Shown piece after piece: positions 36,901-55,590 of a stretch of 64,000 bases of DNA. The position numbers and the translations under genes were made by a program. The notes under the pieces are model-generated. The model saw nothing but the letters and a program-made list of their open reading frames with translations. It had not been told where the DNA came from and did no database searches. Source of the stretch: Callorhinchus milii (taxonomy: Eukaryota); NCBI RefSeq assembly GCF_018977255.1, contig NW_024704743.1, forward strand, positions 6,264,001 to 6,328,000, written 5' to 3'. The stretch's first letter is position 1. Every line of letters begins with the position of its first letter.

Positions 36901-39751
36901 GGCATATATAGATGCATTAACATTATCATTTTTTAAGGGGCCTGAGGTTCAACATTTAATATTTTATTTAAACATTTTGTATATAGCTTGAGCTCAAGCT
37001 GTCAGAGAACGCTTCTTAGTCCAGGGCACACAAAGCATCCTGGAGTTCCCACATGGCACACATTATGAATGCAACCAGTCTCAGCTGCCCTGTCATATTC
37101 CCAGACATGTTTTATATTGTTTTAATATGAATATTACATAATTATGCACCTCTTTACCCCTTTACACCAAATTCCCACTCTCACCAAATTCCTTAACAGA
37201 TTCTCACTCTGTTCCTTCCTCATTCTGCTAGGCTTTCTGCTCAAGTGAAACACTTACAAGTCTTCTCCTTTATATAGGACTCAAACTAAAAGACCCAGTT
37301 TCAACTGGTCAGCAGATTTTTTATTCCCCAACACCTAGCCTATGATTAATTGCAAATCGCCTTGTTTGCTTGCTTACATATAAGGTTGTCTCAACCTCAC
37401 AATAGATTTTCCACTCTTCTGCTGAGTGAAAGAGTTCACTCTTGCTCTCTGGTATCTCTCTTGCTGAAGAATTCCCACTATCATCAAATTCCTTAACAGA
37501 ATTCTCACTCTGTTCCAACTCCCTCAGTTCCCTCCTCACCTGCTGGGCTCTCTGCTCATGTGACAAACATGAGACAAGTTGCATAGCATAATATGTATGA
37601 GCAGGAGTAGGCCATTCATCCCTTCGAGCCTGCCACGCCATTCAATTATGGCTGATCTTCTAATGTAATTCCAGCTAATAACCTAATCCTGCCTTATTTC
37701 TATATCCCTTAATCCCTTTTGCAATAAGAAATATATCTATTTCAGTCTTCAATATGTTCAAGGACTGAGCGTCAACAGCTCTTTGGGGTAGCGCGTTCTA
37801 TACATTGCGTTCTAGAAATTCTTGGAAGTAGTTATAATGTAAAATTGATCAGATAACTCATCCTATAAGATGGCATGTTGGAATGCAGAGGCCTCCGGCT
37901 CTATCCTGTGACTGGCGTGGGCGCTCAGAGGACGTTGGGTATGGATGCTCAGATGCTTCTCAGAAGTCTATTGGAGGGCCGAGACCTCTATTAATACCAC
38001 TGATAGTTGTAGTCATGGCTTCCTGCCACGTCTCCTGTCGTATTCTGTGACAGGATAGAGCGGGAGGCAACAGAACAGCCATCCAATGCAACCAGGGGGG
38101 TGTGAAGGGATTTATGGTTGAGATTGAGAACCTTGAACTCAATCCATTGAGAGCCAGGAGAGACTGGGTTAATGAACGATATGGAGTTTGGTGCAGGTGA
38201 GGATGTGGGCAGCGGTGTTTTGGATGAGAGTATCCACTCACACAAAAAAGTACTTGTTTTGCAGCAACAAATATTACTATTCTGAATCAATTTAAAAGAT
38301 GTAGTTTGTAAGAATGCTGTGCATTACCCTTCAATGAGAGACGCTCGCTTTGTGCGCATTTTTCCAGGCTTGTTGTCATCGGGATCATGCCAGAATTGTG
38401 TATCAAAACGATCTGGTGGGATATCCACAACGCAGTTTCTTCCCTCATGAAGAACTTTCCAGAAGTTTTCAATGCCTTCCCCTGTACAGACGACAACAGA
38501 ATAAAGCTCTTCCATTCTTAGAAATCATTCTGGAATGTATGTCATAATATTAGTAAATGTGTATTGATACCACTGAGTATCTGATTTCTTGCCTCCAGAA
38601 CTCCCTCACTCTACCCTTCTATCTGGCCCCTCTCTATCTGTCTTCAAATCCTGCCTAACATCCTACCTCTTTGACCAAACCTATGGTCACCTCCCCTTCT
38701 TTCCCTCATTTGTTTAGCATCTTTGGGAATCGTTCTGAGATATTATGAAAATAATAATAATAAGAGCCCTTTATGAATGCAAGTTCTTGCTGTTACACCA
38801 GATACGGCTCCTGGAGAAGCGAGAGCGGAAGCTTTCCTTCTTCTTTTGTGAGCCTGGACAGTAACTGGTAGCAGCTGTTCAACTATAGGGTTAGCCCCAC
38901 CTGAGCCTGACACAACCTAAATTTAACACAGCAACAAAGTCAGGACTAAAGATCTTAGTCCAGATTAACACACAAATGCAATGCTGGAGGAGTTTTCATT
39001 GTGGGAGGTGCCATGCTTTGAATGAGACGTTAAACCGAGATAATGTCTGCCTGCTCAGGTGGAAGGATCCCAAGGCACGATTCAAAAAAGAGAATGGAGT
39101 TTCTTCCGGTTTCTTGGTCTACAATTCCCAGATAAAATAATTGATCATTCACTTGATGTAGGATATTGCCATTCACAAATTGTCAAAATGGATTGTTGTT
39201 TCAGAGCCACCAGAGACACAATGAGCTGTATCCCATTGTCGAGACATCTCAAAGTGCTTCACAGAATGTGATGTGTAGTGACTGTTTGAAATGTGCTGAC
39301 TATATTTTGTAGGCAATGTCCCACAAACAGCCATGAAGTGAATGACCAATTGTCGGTCAGTACACCAGAAGAAACTTACAATTTACAATTTGATATTTGC
39401 AATATCAGGTTTTATTGGGAATTTAGAAAACAAACTTAGTGAAATTTGTAGGAATCTCACAATTCAATATTCACAAATGAAAGTCAATTAACCCACAACC
39501 AATCTCTGGGTTGAAATTATGGCATATTGGACCCCATTCTCACTAACTGTAGCTTCCTATCACTGCCCCAGTTGAAAATGAATGTTGTTACAGACTCCAA
39601 AAGTTCCTGCTAGATTCCATGTAGTTTTATTATTTATCATCATAACATCATTCTTTTCATCATTTTTATTATTGTTAAATCTTAAATTCCTACCTCCAGG
39701 AAAATTGCATCCAATTCCAACAATAGCTATTTCGTCGTTGTTTTCATCCAT
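25433..39751 (-). CDS. pks1: Animal type I polyketide synthase, copy B, complete 6-coding-exon gene (~2108 aa if two 1-nt frameshifts are corrected)
   Basis: Exons 39751-39694, 38481-38328, 36865-36705, 34976-34773, 34425-34244 and 30998-25433. All introns are GT-AG and phase-compatible (1,2,1,1,0). The full KS triad is present (DTACSSS, EAHGTGT, GHTESAAG). Frameshifts at ~27782 and ~26905. Confidence 0.9.
31383..31470 (-). pseudogene. Mirror relic of the PKS exon-6 5' end in copy B intron 5 (DYIWGVLVHSTINQDGRPVIPITRPSQT)
   Basis: Visible within ORF 31322-31792; counterpart of 85-167. Confidence 0.85.
31503..32098 (-). mobile_element. L2 LINE 3' fragment, present only in PKS-B intron 5, nested in an older L2 fragment
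   Basis: (TTG)n tail at ~31503-31516; the flanks are contiguous at 1-75 of copy A. Confidence 0.8.
32478..32792 (-). mobile_element. Near full-length tRNA-derived Deu-like SINE in PKS-B intron 5
   Basis: tRNA head, GCTGTGCGCAATTGGCTGCC core, GCGCTATATCAAATGTAAGG(ATT)n tail. Confidence 0.88.
33040..33720 (+). mobile_element. Degenerate Tx1-like LINE ORF2 C-terminus (zinc-finger region)
   Basis: LTNNHHDMAWL, CP..GC...TVDHLFLEC and CLRLAHTRIRDYTLREKLKFG...KARWG segments across frames; family assignment from recalled similarity. Confidence 0.6.
34244..34425 (-). CDS. pks1: PKS copy B coding exon 5 (GDCEMAVCGGV...ANGYGRGEGCGILLLKPLAK)
   Basis: KS CKPF...ANGY.RGEG motif; acceptor ttcAG, donor AAG|GTAGA. 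Confidence 0.92.
34773..34976 (-). CDS. pks1: PKS copy B coding exon 4 (KS active-site Cys, DTACSSS)
   Basis: [29 protein letters not shown]; acceptor tttAG, donor G|GTACC. Confidence 0.92.
35631..36010 (+). mobile_element. tRNA-derived Deu-like SINE
   Basis: GGAGTCCTGTATCTCAGTGGTTGGAGC head; (TTA)n tail. Confidence 0.85.
36705..36865 (-). CDS. pks1: PKS copy B coding exon 3 ([38 protein letters not shown]...TGVFIG)
   Basis: Translated by hand (this frame is not in the ORF track). KS FD..FGI...EA..MDPQ.+LLLE motif; acceptor aatAG, donor G|GTGAG. Confidence 0.9.
38328..38481 (-). CDS. pks1: PKS copy B coding exon 2 (GEGIENFWKVLHEGRNCVVDIPPDRF...SLIEG)
   Basis: KS FW..L..G....IP..RF motif; acceptor tgtacAG, donor GG|GTAAT. 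Confidence 0.9.
39694..39751 (-). CDS. pks1: PKS copy B coding exon 1 (MDENNDEIAIVGIGCNFPG)
   Basis: Canonical KS start IAIVGIGCxFPG; donor G|GTAGG at 39693; upstream acceptor caatAG at 39775. Confidence 0.9.
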
Positions 39752-40327
39752 TTTATTTTTTTTGCTGTTGACACCTATTGCAAACTAATGAAGAGAATCA
39801 TAACACAAAATGGAATCAAATATTTTGAGGTAAGTATACCAGGCTGAGCTAGGTTCAATCATTACAGCAATATTTAGGCAACGCTATTAACAAGCCACAA
39901 CATCTTTTACACCTGTACCATATTCCTGTAAAATCTTCTAGATTCACAGTGTGAATGCAGACAATGCTGCGAGAGAAAGCATTTGTTTAAAGCCCACACA
40001 TCCCAACAGTTTGCCATTGCAGAATGTTTTGCAGCATAAACATTATACCAAAAAATCTGAATTCTATATGTGCCTCAGTCCAGTCCTTTATTTCCCAGCG
40101 CTGTTGCTGGAGGCAGTCAGGACGCAATGCCTCAATATAAACAGGGAGCGGCATTTCCCTTCACATTGAGAGGTGGTGTTCAGGGAACTAACAGAAGCAG
40201 CGACAACATCAGGACAAATCTGAACAATTCCCACCACCAGAACCATAGCTCTCAACATATGTAGGTGGAGAACACAGCCACACACTTCATATAGAGACGG
40301 GCAGTGGGAGCTCCAATGGGGGTACAT

Positions 40328-40480
40328 TTAATAATAATAATAATAATAATTCTTACATTTGATATAGCGCTTTTCACGTGGGGAGGACGTCCCAAAGTGC
40401 TTCACAGAACACACTGTAAAGTGAATTGACTGTATATTTGTGGGCGAACGCGGCAGCCAATTGCGCACAGCAGTGTCCCA
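40328..40480 (-). mobile_element. 5'-truncated SINE (core + tail)
   Basis: Same core and (TTA)n tail as the other copies. Confidence 0.8.
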
Positions 40481-41204
40481 ACCTGGAGAGTGCTCAGTGC
40501 TAAGTCCCACACTGAAGTGTTGAATTTCACAGGACAAACCTCTCACACTGATCAGAACGACACTAACTAGAAAAATAAATCAATGTAATTACTGCCCCTT
40601 TTCTACGAAGTATGTCACTCCTTTTGGTTACCAGTGTTTGTAAGTGAAAGCACACTATTAGAGCACTTGTCTTGTTACTCATTCTTAAACAAACACGCAC
40701 ATCATCTTCAATCACGATGACTGCTCACGAACAAATAGAGAACAATACAATTTACATTTACATTGAGCCTTTCAGTCGACAGGAGGACGTTTCAAAGAGT
40801 TTTATATTGGTTGGTCTCCCAAGATGAAGAAAAATAAACATGAAACTATCCATGATTATTGCAAACTTGATAGCATTTTGAGTTGTATCATTTTACTATT
40901 TTCATCAAAGCTTCTTTTATTTTTTTTAAAAAAACTGAAAGTGATGTTGATTTATGAAGATGAAATGCAGGAATGTATTAATCTAAAAGTTAATAGTACT
41001 TTGCAGACAGAAAGTCCTTCAACAAAGAAAATTCCCGACGACAGCTACAGAAAGCCTGAAAGGGTCCACGTGGAAGCTTAACATAGTATTTTGAAATAAA
41101 GTGCAAGATTGCCATGAAGGAAATTACTCCATGTAAATCTTTTCCATCAACCAGCCCCTCGAAAAATTCTGAATAAAGTTATAACTGATTTTGTTTTTAA
41201 AGCT

Positions 41205-41278
41205 CTTACCTCATATTCTATTCTATCTCTGATTTTGCTGTCTGTCTTTGTCATGAGCATGAACTGGTTTCTTTTATA
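41205..41278 (-). promoter_or_regulatory. Putative PKS-B core promoter (TATAAAAG at 41278-41271) and short 5'UTR exon ending at donor AG|GTAAGAG (41210/41209)
   Basis: Consensus TATA box ~60 nt upstream of a strong donor. Coding exon 1 has an acceptor 23 nt before its ATG, which implies an upstream non-coding exon. Motif-based only. Confidence 0.5.
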
Positions 41279-42071
41279 CTATTCCACAAATACTTATGTA
41301 TGATCAGCATAATACCAAAGACGATAAGGAAGTATTTAATTTTTAGAATAACCGATTTGGATCATTCAAATTATAGTGCCTGCCTGTGATAATTATATAA
41401 TGATAATAGCTGACATATTAAAAATCATTCCCATCTATGAGTCATACAACACTTGCAAATGGATTTTGTACCTCCCTAGGAATGGTACCAGGTGGAGTTA
41501 GGTTGTAAATGTTGCCCTTGAACCTAATTAAAAGAATAATATTAATAATAAACCTCAAATTTGATACAGCGACTTGTCATGGCGTCCTGAGAAGTATTTA
41601 TATGCAGTGATTAATTCATATTGTAATACAAGTGTATCCCTGACTGATAATGCACAAAGGGAAAACTGATACCAATCAAGTATTGGAGTGATAAAGAGTG
41701 TTTCGTATATGGTTTCTTTCAATTTAGTTTATGAGACAAACATTTTTGATACTGCATATCAAATCATGAAAACTAAAAGAAAACTATATCTGGGTTTATT
41801 ATTCTTGCTTTGTGTAGTCTGGTGTAGCAACAGTCAATATGATTTTTCCACGGAAGGATAATAATTATCAGTAACCTTGTATGTGTACACAGGGTGTGAT
41901 GTTCACTGGGTTAGAAGTCTCAGTTGAACATTAGTTCACAAACCGGAGGCACAGAGTCAGGGACCTGCCTTCAGTCGAATGACACACTTCCTGTACAGGT
42001 GTTATTTTACACATCAATGTATTGGCTTTAATCCGAGAGAGCTTCAGTCTGCTGACTGCCCAGTGTAGACC

Positions 42072-49154
<7,083 letters not shown>

Positions 49155-50330
49155 ACTTGAGACCTTCAACCCTCCCTTGCCTCCTTCAAGACCCATCTCA
49201 AGATCCTCCTCTTCAACCGTGCCTTCGGTCATCCTCATTCCCCCACTGCCCTTCATCCTCCCCGATCCCGACCCCCAGCTCAGGTCCGAAACACTGATTG
49301 TCCAGCACCTTGGGATGTCCTCCTGACGTGAAAGGAGCTATACAAATGTAATTTTCTTCTGAACAGCTGCCATGTACATTTTCATACTTAAACTACTCTT
49401 GGTTTAGACCAAACACATGAAAGAATCAACACAATGCTTTTGTACTTCACCCAATATTACATTGCATCACACAGCTCCTATATTTTTTCATCATAATACT
49501 GCAATTGTTTTTACACTGGACACACAAGAGAATAAGATGGAAGTATTTCACAGGGTTTACTGTAATGTTTTGTGACTGTGCATTTTGTAGACAAAACAGG
49601 ATAAAATATTCTCACAGAGCCCATGATTTTTTTTGCTTATCTCAGAAGCCCTTGTCCTCTTTATTTTTCCATTATTGTCTACCTGAGGTCCAAAATTTTC
49701 ATGATTTTAATCTGAAGATCATTGTCTTAAAATGCAAGAACCTGCAGATTTTTTGAAGAAATAGAATATTCAGAACAACTGGCATTTAGATAGCGCTCTT
49801 CACGAAAGTCAAATTATAAACAAAAAATAAATTTGACATTAAAATTCAGGTTTAATTTGCGATCCATTTTTCTGCAGGGTTTTTTAAGAACTGTTTCTGG
49901 ACACAATTTAGAATTTTAAGACAAAGGTCTGAAGGGTGCTTTCTATTAAAAAAGACCTATTCCTATCAAGTTTGTTTCGTTCAAACGGTGTATTATCTGG
50001 ACTCCAATCTGCACATTTAACATTCTCAGGAAATGTTCACAAGTATGTTCCCGTCTCCCAAAGTTAATCGAAGCTAAAACTCTAAAATATCGACCTATTC
50101 AATGTATTTCAGAATTTCAATGTATATTGTAAACACAAATTTGCATAGTTACGTAGGTTGCGGGCAAAATATTTTTACTGGAAATGCTGATTTATGTATT
50201 TTGAAATGCAGAGGTTTTGTTAATCTTGTCAAGCATTTAAAAGCATTCAAGACTGAGATAGATACATTTCTTATTGCAAAAGGGATTAAGGGATATGGGG
50301 ATAAGGCAGGGTCAGGTTATTAGCTGGAGT

Positions 50331-51180
50331 CCTCCCACCTTGTCCTCCCACCTCAACCTTCAAGGCACTGTCCTTGAATGGTTTAGGTCGTACCTTTCTC
50401 ACCGTCTTCATTTTGTCTCGACGAATGGCTTCTCCTCCACCCCCCGCACTGTCTCATGTGGTGTCCCTCAGGGCTCTGTCCTTGGTCCCCTCCTCTTCAC
50501 CCTCTATATGCTCCCCCTTGGTGACATCATCCGCAGACATGGAGTTAACTTCCACATGTATGCGGATGACACCCAACTCTACCTTTCCTCCTCTACTCTC
50601 AACTCCACGACCACCGATGTCCTGACAGCCTGCCTGTCCGACATCGAGTCCTGGACGAGAGACAACTTTCTTCAGCTCAACGTGCGAAAAACCGAGGCCC
50701 TCCTGATTGGCTCACGTCAGCGCCTCCGCACCTCAGGCGCTGACACCATCAGCATCCAACGATGCACTCTCCACCTCTCAAAGCCAGTCAGGAACCTCGG
50801 CGTTTTGTTCGACCCTGAGCTGTCCTTTCTCCCTCACATCCGCACCACAACTGGCACCGCCTTCCATCACCTCCGGAACATCGCCAGACTACGGCATTAC
50901 CTCACCCCTCACGCTGCTGAAACCCTGGTTCACGCCTTCGTCACCTCAAGGCTGGACTATGGGAACTCTCTCCTCGCCGGCCTTCCCGGCACCTCCCTCC
51001 ACAAGCTGCAGGTCATTCAGAACTCTGCAGCTCGTGTACTGTCCCGCACCAGGCTTCGGGACCACATCACTCCCACCCTCGCTCGCCTCCACTGACTCCC
51101 CATCCCCCAGAGGATTGATTTCAAGATCCTCATCCTCACCTACAAGGCCATTCACGGAATCTTGTTGTTGTTGTTGTTGT
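50331..51180 (+). mobile_element. L2-clade LINE reverse-transcriptase fragment with (TTG)n tail, inserted in a CR1 tail
   Basis: [13 protein letters not shown]...YADDTQLY...QLN..KTE...SRLDY.NS motifs in ORF 50274-51095; TGGAGT duplicated at 50325-50330 and 51181-51186. Confidence 0.92.
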
Positions 51181-52639
51181 TGGAGTTAGATTAGAAGATC
51201 AGCCATGATTGAATGGCAGGGCAGGCTCGAAGGGCCGAATCGCCTACTCCTGCTCCTATATGTTATGTTAAAAGTGAATGCCAATGATACTCAGAAAACA
51301 GTGGATTTTGACATTTGATCTACTATGAATGATTTGTATTATATGTAAATTATCTAAATCTGCTGATGATACCAATATGGGGCAGTTACATAGTAGCTGG
51401 AAAAACACAGAGGGATTGATTACTTCAGAAGTAGCCTCACAAGGCGAGCGTTCATTTCATGCAGATCAATTCCATTTGATAAGATTGAGGTCGGAGAATA
51501 AACAGTGGGAATACGAAATTTAGGATCTTGGTAAACAGGGGAGTAAACAAGAGAGGGATTTGTGGGACAGGTGGAGGCAGATTATGTCAGCCCTTTCATG
51601 AGGGATTTAGTAGCTATTTGGCAAATACATTGATTAAGGTATTTAAGAAATAGAGTAACATATGATTTTTTTCCATGGGTCTGGTCAGGTGGTCTTTTCG
51701 TATCCTGTCCACTTTTCTGCACTTAGATTCTGAATAACAATCAATGTTAAATCCATTGAATTCTGCTTGGGTGCATGTCTTTTTAAATTTCTCTTTTAAT
51801 ATTAATCTTTATATATGTTTCTATATATGTTTGTGTTCATTTGAAATTGTATTTCAAGAACTTATTGTTCATGGTTTGTTGAATAAAAGCTTACGAAACA
51901 AAGATTCTTCCATTTTCACAGAAAGTTCTGCCTTTCTTCATCTCCAAAATTGCTCATCTTTCTCCACTACCTACACCAAATGCTGCCAAAATCCCCTTGC
52001 AGCGTGACAACCTAGTTTATAGCTTTAGTAGTTATCGTTTACATTTACAATGAAGTGACTATGGTTAGTTTACACAGAGTTAATGTTTAATATATCATGC
52101 TTCTGAACAACCTGGCTCCTTCATTTATCTGTTCCATTAACTATTTTATGTAACCTTTATAAAATATCTCTGAAATATAACATTAGGAACATAAAGGTAA
52201 AACATTAACTTTTACTCGAGCTTATAAATATTAATAACAATATTAAAGTACAGATGGATTAGTTTGTCATAACTTTAAATGCTATAATTTTTTAAACTAG
52301 ATTGTGCAACTCATATGGAGCCTAACCTTTCTATGGGATGTGAAACACAATGCTGTCCCTGCAACTGGTGTATCTTCCACCTCCCCACCCTACACCCCCA
52401 GCCCTCATGTCTTCTGCTTCTGTCCTCACACTTTTAACCTGTTCTCTCTCTCGTCCCTCTCCACCCTCATAACCCACCTGAAACCTACCACTTGCTCCCT
52501 TGACCTCTCCCCACCAAACTTCTGCCTGTCCCTCCTCCACTCCCTGCTGGTGGCTATAGTCAAGCTGTCCCCGTCTTTTGGCGCTGTCCCCTCTCCCTCA
52601 AAGCCACCGTCATCACCAACAATAATAACAGTGGTTATA

Positions 52640-53525
52640 CATTTAAATGGAAAATGATTTCAATGTAGAAAAGTGTGAGGTGGTACATTTTGGTAGAAGG
52701 AATAAGGAAGTCACATATATCCTGGAAAATAAAAACCTAAATGGGGTAGAGGAGCAAAGGGATCTAGGGGTACACATACACAATTCACTGAAAGTAGCAT
52801 TGCAGGTTAATAAGACCATAACAAAGTAAACCAGGCATTGGGGTTCATTTTTAGAGGGATAGAAATGAAATGCAGGGAAGTGATGGTAAACTTCTCTAGA
52901 ACCTTGGTCAGACCACACTTAGAATACTGTGTGCAGTTCTGGTCCCCACATTATAGAAGGGATGTAGAGGCACTGGAGAGGGGGCAAAGGAGATTCACAA
53001 GGATGATCCCCGATCTGAGAGGTTATACGGATCTGGAAAGGCTGAACATTCAGGGCAGGCTCGAGGGGCCGAATGGCCTACCCCTGCTCCTACTTCCTAT
53101 GTACTTGGACTGTTGTGTCTTGAAAAGAGGAGGGTAAGGGGTGACCTGATAGAGGCCTTTAAAATGATGAGAGGTTTTAATAGGTTAGACATAGGGAAGA
53201 TGTTTCCACTTGTGGGGGAGACCAAAACCAGGCGCCATCAATATAAGATAGTCACAAATAGATCGAATAGGGAAGTTAAAAAAGAAATTTCTTCACACAG
53301 AGAGTAGCGGGAATGTGGAACATACTACCCACAAGGAGTTGTTGAGGCAAATAGATTAGATGTATTTAAGGGAAAGCGAGAGAGGTACATGAGGGAGAAA
53401 GGAATAGAAGATTATGCTTGAAGGCTTAGTTGAGGAAGGGCAGGAGGAGGCTCACGTGCAGCATAAATACCGGCATAGACCAGTTGGGCCAAATGGCCTG
53501 TTTCTGTGCTGTATATTCCAATATA
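52640..53525 (+). mobile_element. CR1 LINE 3' fragment
   Basis: FNVEKCEVVHFG...EEQRDLGV; LVRPHLEYCVQFWSP; RGDLIEAFK. Confidence 0.88.
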
Positions 53526-54739
53526 TTCTAAGGTAATAACAACTTGCATTGAGGGGTAGCATCTCAGAGTGCTTAACAGTGGTAGATTCTGAATCCGAGC
53601 GACGGGGAAGTGACCATAAGCATGGTTGAACAGGAATATCTTTAGGTGTGATCTGAAAATGGGGAAGATGGAGCGGCCCAGGTGGAGGGAAGTGGGATAG
53701 CGTTCCAGAGTTCAGTGGCATATTGGCTGAAAGCATAACTGCCGATGGTGGAGCAGAGGGGATCAGGGATCAGCAGGAAGCCGGAGCCAGCCAAGCAGAG
53801 GCGGCAAGTGGTAGACGGAAGAGTAAGCATGTCGGACAGACAGGGAGTTGCCAGGGTATGAAGGGATTTCTAGACGAATGTGAGGATCTTGGCCAATCCT
53901 TTCTGTGATTAGGAGCAGGTGAAGACTGGCGAGGACTGATGGGATGGGGGTAGGGAGACTGCTTCTCTTCATCTCAGCCACATTGCTCTCCAACCCCACT
54001 CCCCCTATCTCACAGCAAATACCACCAAACCATATCTTGGTTACCTCTCACCTTGACTTTTCTAACATACTCCTGAATTATCTCCCTGAGCTCCAATTCA
54101 TCCAAATTACCACCATTGACAACGCACCTGCACGAAACACAACATACAATAATATTATTATTATTATTTATTACAATAAACCTTTCCTATGTTCAAAGTT
54201 ACATGTCCCATTGCAGTTGCCAGCTCTTAAGGTTTGCGACAACAAAATTATGTCAGAATTATTTGTATCTTTGAGTGATACCACTGAATTTTAGGAATAG
54301 ACAGTTCATTTAGTTTAGGGGAAGACCTCAGTGGTGTCTCAGCATCCCTGGCAGGGACAGATATTACTCACTGTCACTGTGAGTGGTTAGTGTTGCAGAC
54401 GCCTCTTATGCCTCACTCTCACCTGCAGTTTCCCTCCCATCTCCATCACAACTTATAGCACTGAATCTACGCACTTGGAAGGAGGTTGTGCAGGTTAACG
54501 GTCTATCACAGTGTCCGTGGCGGCTCCGGCTTGCCCATGTGTGTAGACCCCAGACTTCATTTGTTCTTCCCAGCCCTGCACACAAGGCTGCAGATACAGT
54601 TACATCAGTGAGTCTGTGGCAGATCCGGCTTGGCCAGGTGTCGAGGTCTGACACCCTTCGTTCTTCCTTGGCCTGTGCCAAAGGCTGCAAGGACTCCTCT
54701 AGTCCTGAAGAAAGAGAGAACACAGAAAGAATTGGACAA

Positions 54740-55590
54740 AACAACAAGAACAAGATTACATTTGTATAGCGCCTTTCACATCGGGAGGTCGTCCCAAGGT
54801 GCTGGACAGTATACAGCATTTCAAACACAAGCTGGGGTCAGGGTGGGATAAGGGAGAGGAGGGGAAGGGGGGTGACCAATGGCATGGTCTAAGAGGAGGG
54901 TTTTGAGGCGGGACTTGAAGGAGGCTAAGGAGGGGGCGAGGCGAAGTGAATGGGGATGGAATTCCAGAGGTGGGGGGCAGAGTGGCAGAAGGCTCTCCCA
55001 CCAATGGTGGGGCGGGTGTGTCGGGGGACATGTAGCAGGCCAGAGCCGGCTGAGCGGAGGGAGCGGGCGGGTTGGTAGGGGGTTAGGAGGTCGCAGAGGT
55101 AGGGGAGGCGTGGCCATTGAGGGCTTTGTAGTTGAGGACCAGGATCTTGAACTGGATCCTCTGAAGGATAGGGAACCAATGAAGTTGGGTGAGAATGATG
55201 AGATGGGGTCACGGACACTGGCTGCAGAGTTCTGGATTATCTGCAGCCTGTGGAGGAGGAGTTGGGAAGGCCAACAAGCAGGGTATTTTCATAGTCGAGC
55301 CTGGAGGTGATGAAAGCATGAACAAGAGTTTCAGGGACCTGAGGGATGGGATGGTGACGGAGTCGGGCGATGTTTCGGAGATGAGGGAAGGTAGAGCAGG
55401 TCATGGCTTGGATGCGGGGAAGAAAAGACAGTTGAGGGTCGAGCAAGACACCTAGGTTCCTGACTGGCTTGGTGAGTTGAAGTGTGCAACCATGGAAGTT
55501 GATGCTGTTAGAGCCTAAGGTGCAGAGGCGCTGACGCGAGTCAATCAGGAGAGCCTCAGTCTTGTTCATATTCAACTGTAGAAAATTAAG
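54740..55590 (-). mobile_element. L2 LINE 3' fragment
   Basis: LNMNKTEALLI...VRNLGV...HLRNIARLR...SRLDY; TTG-rich tail. Confidence 0.85.
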
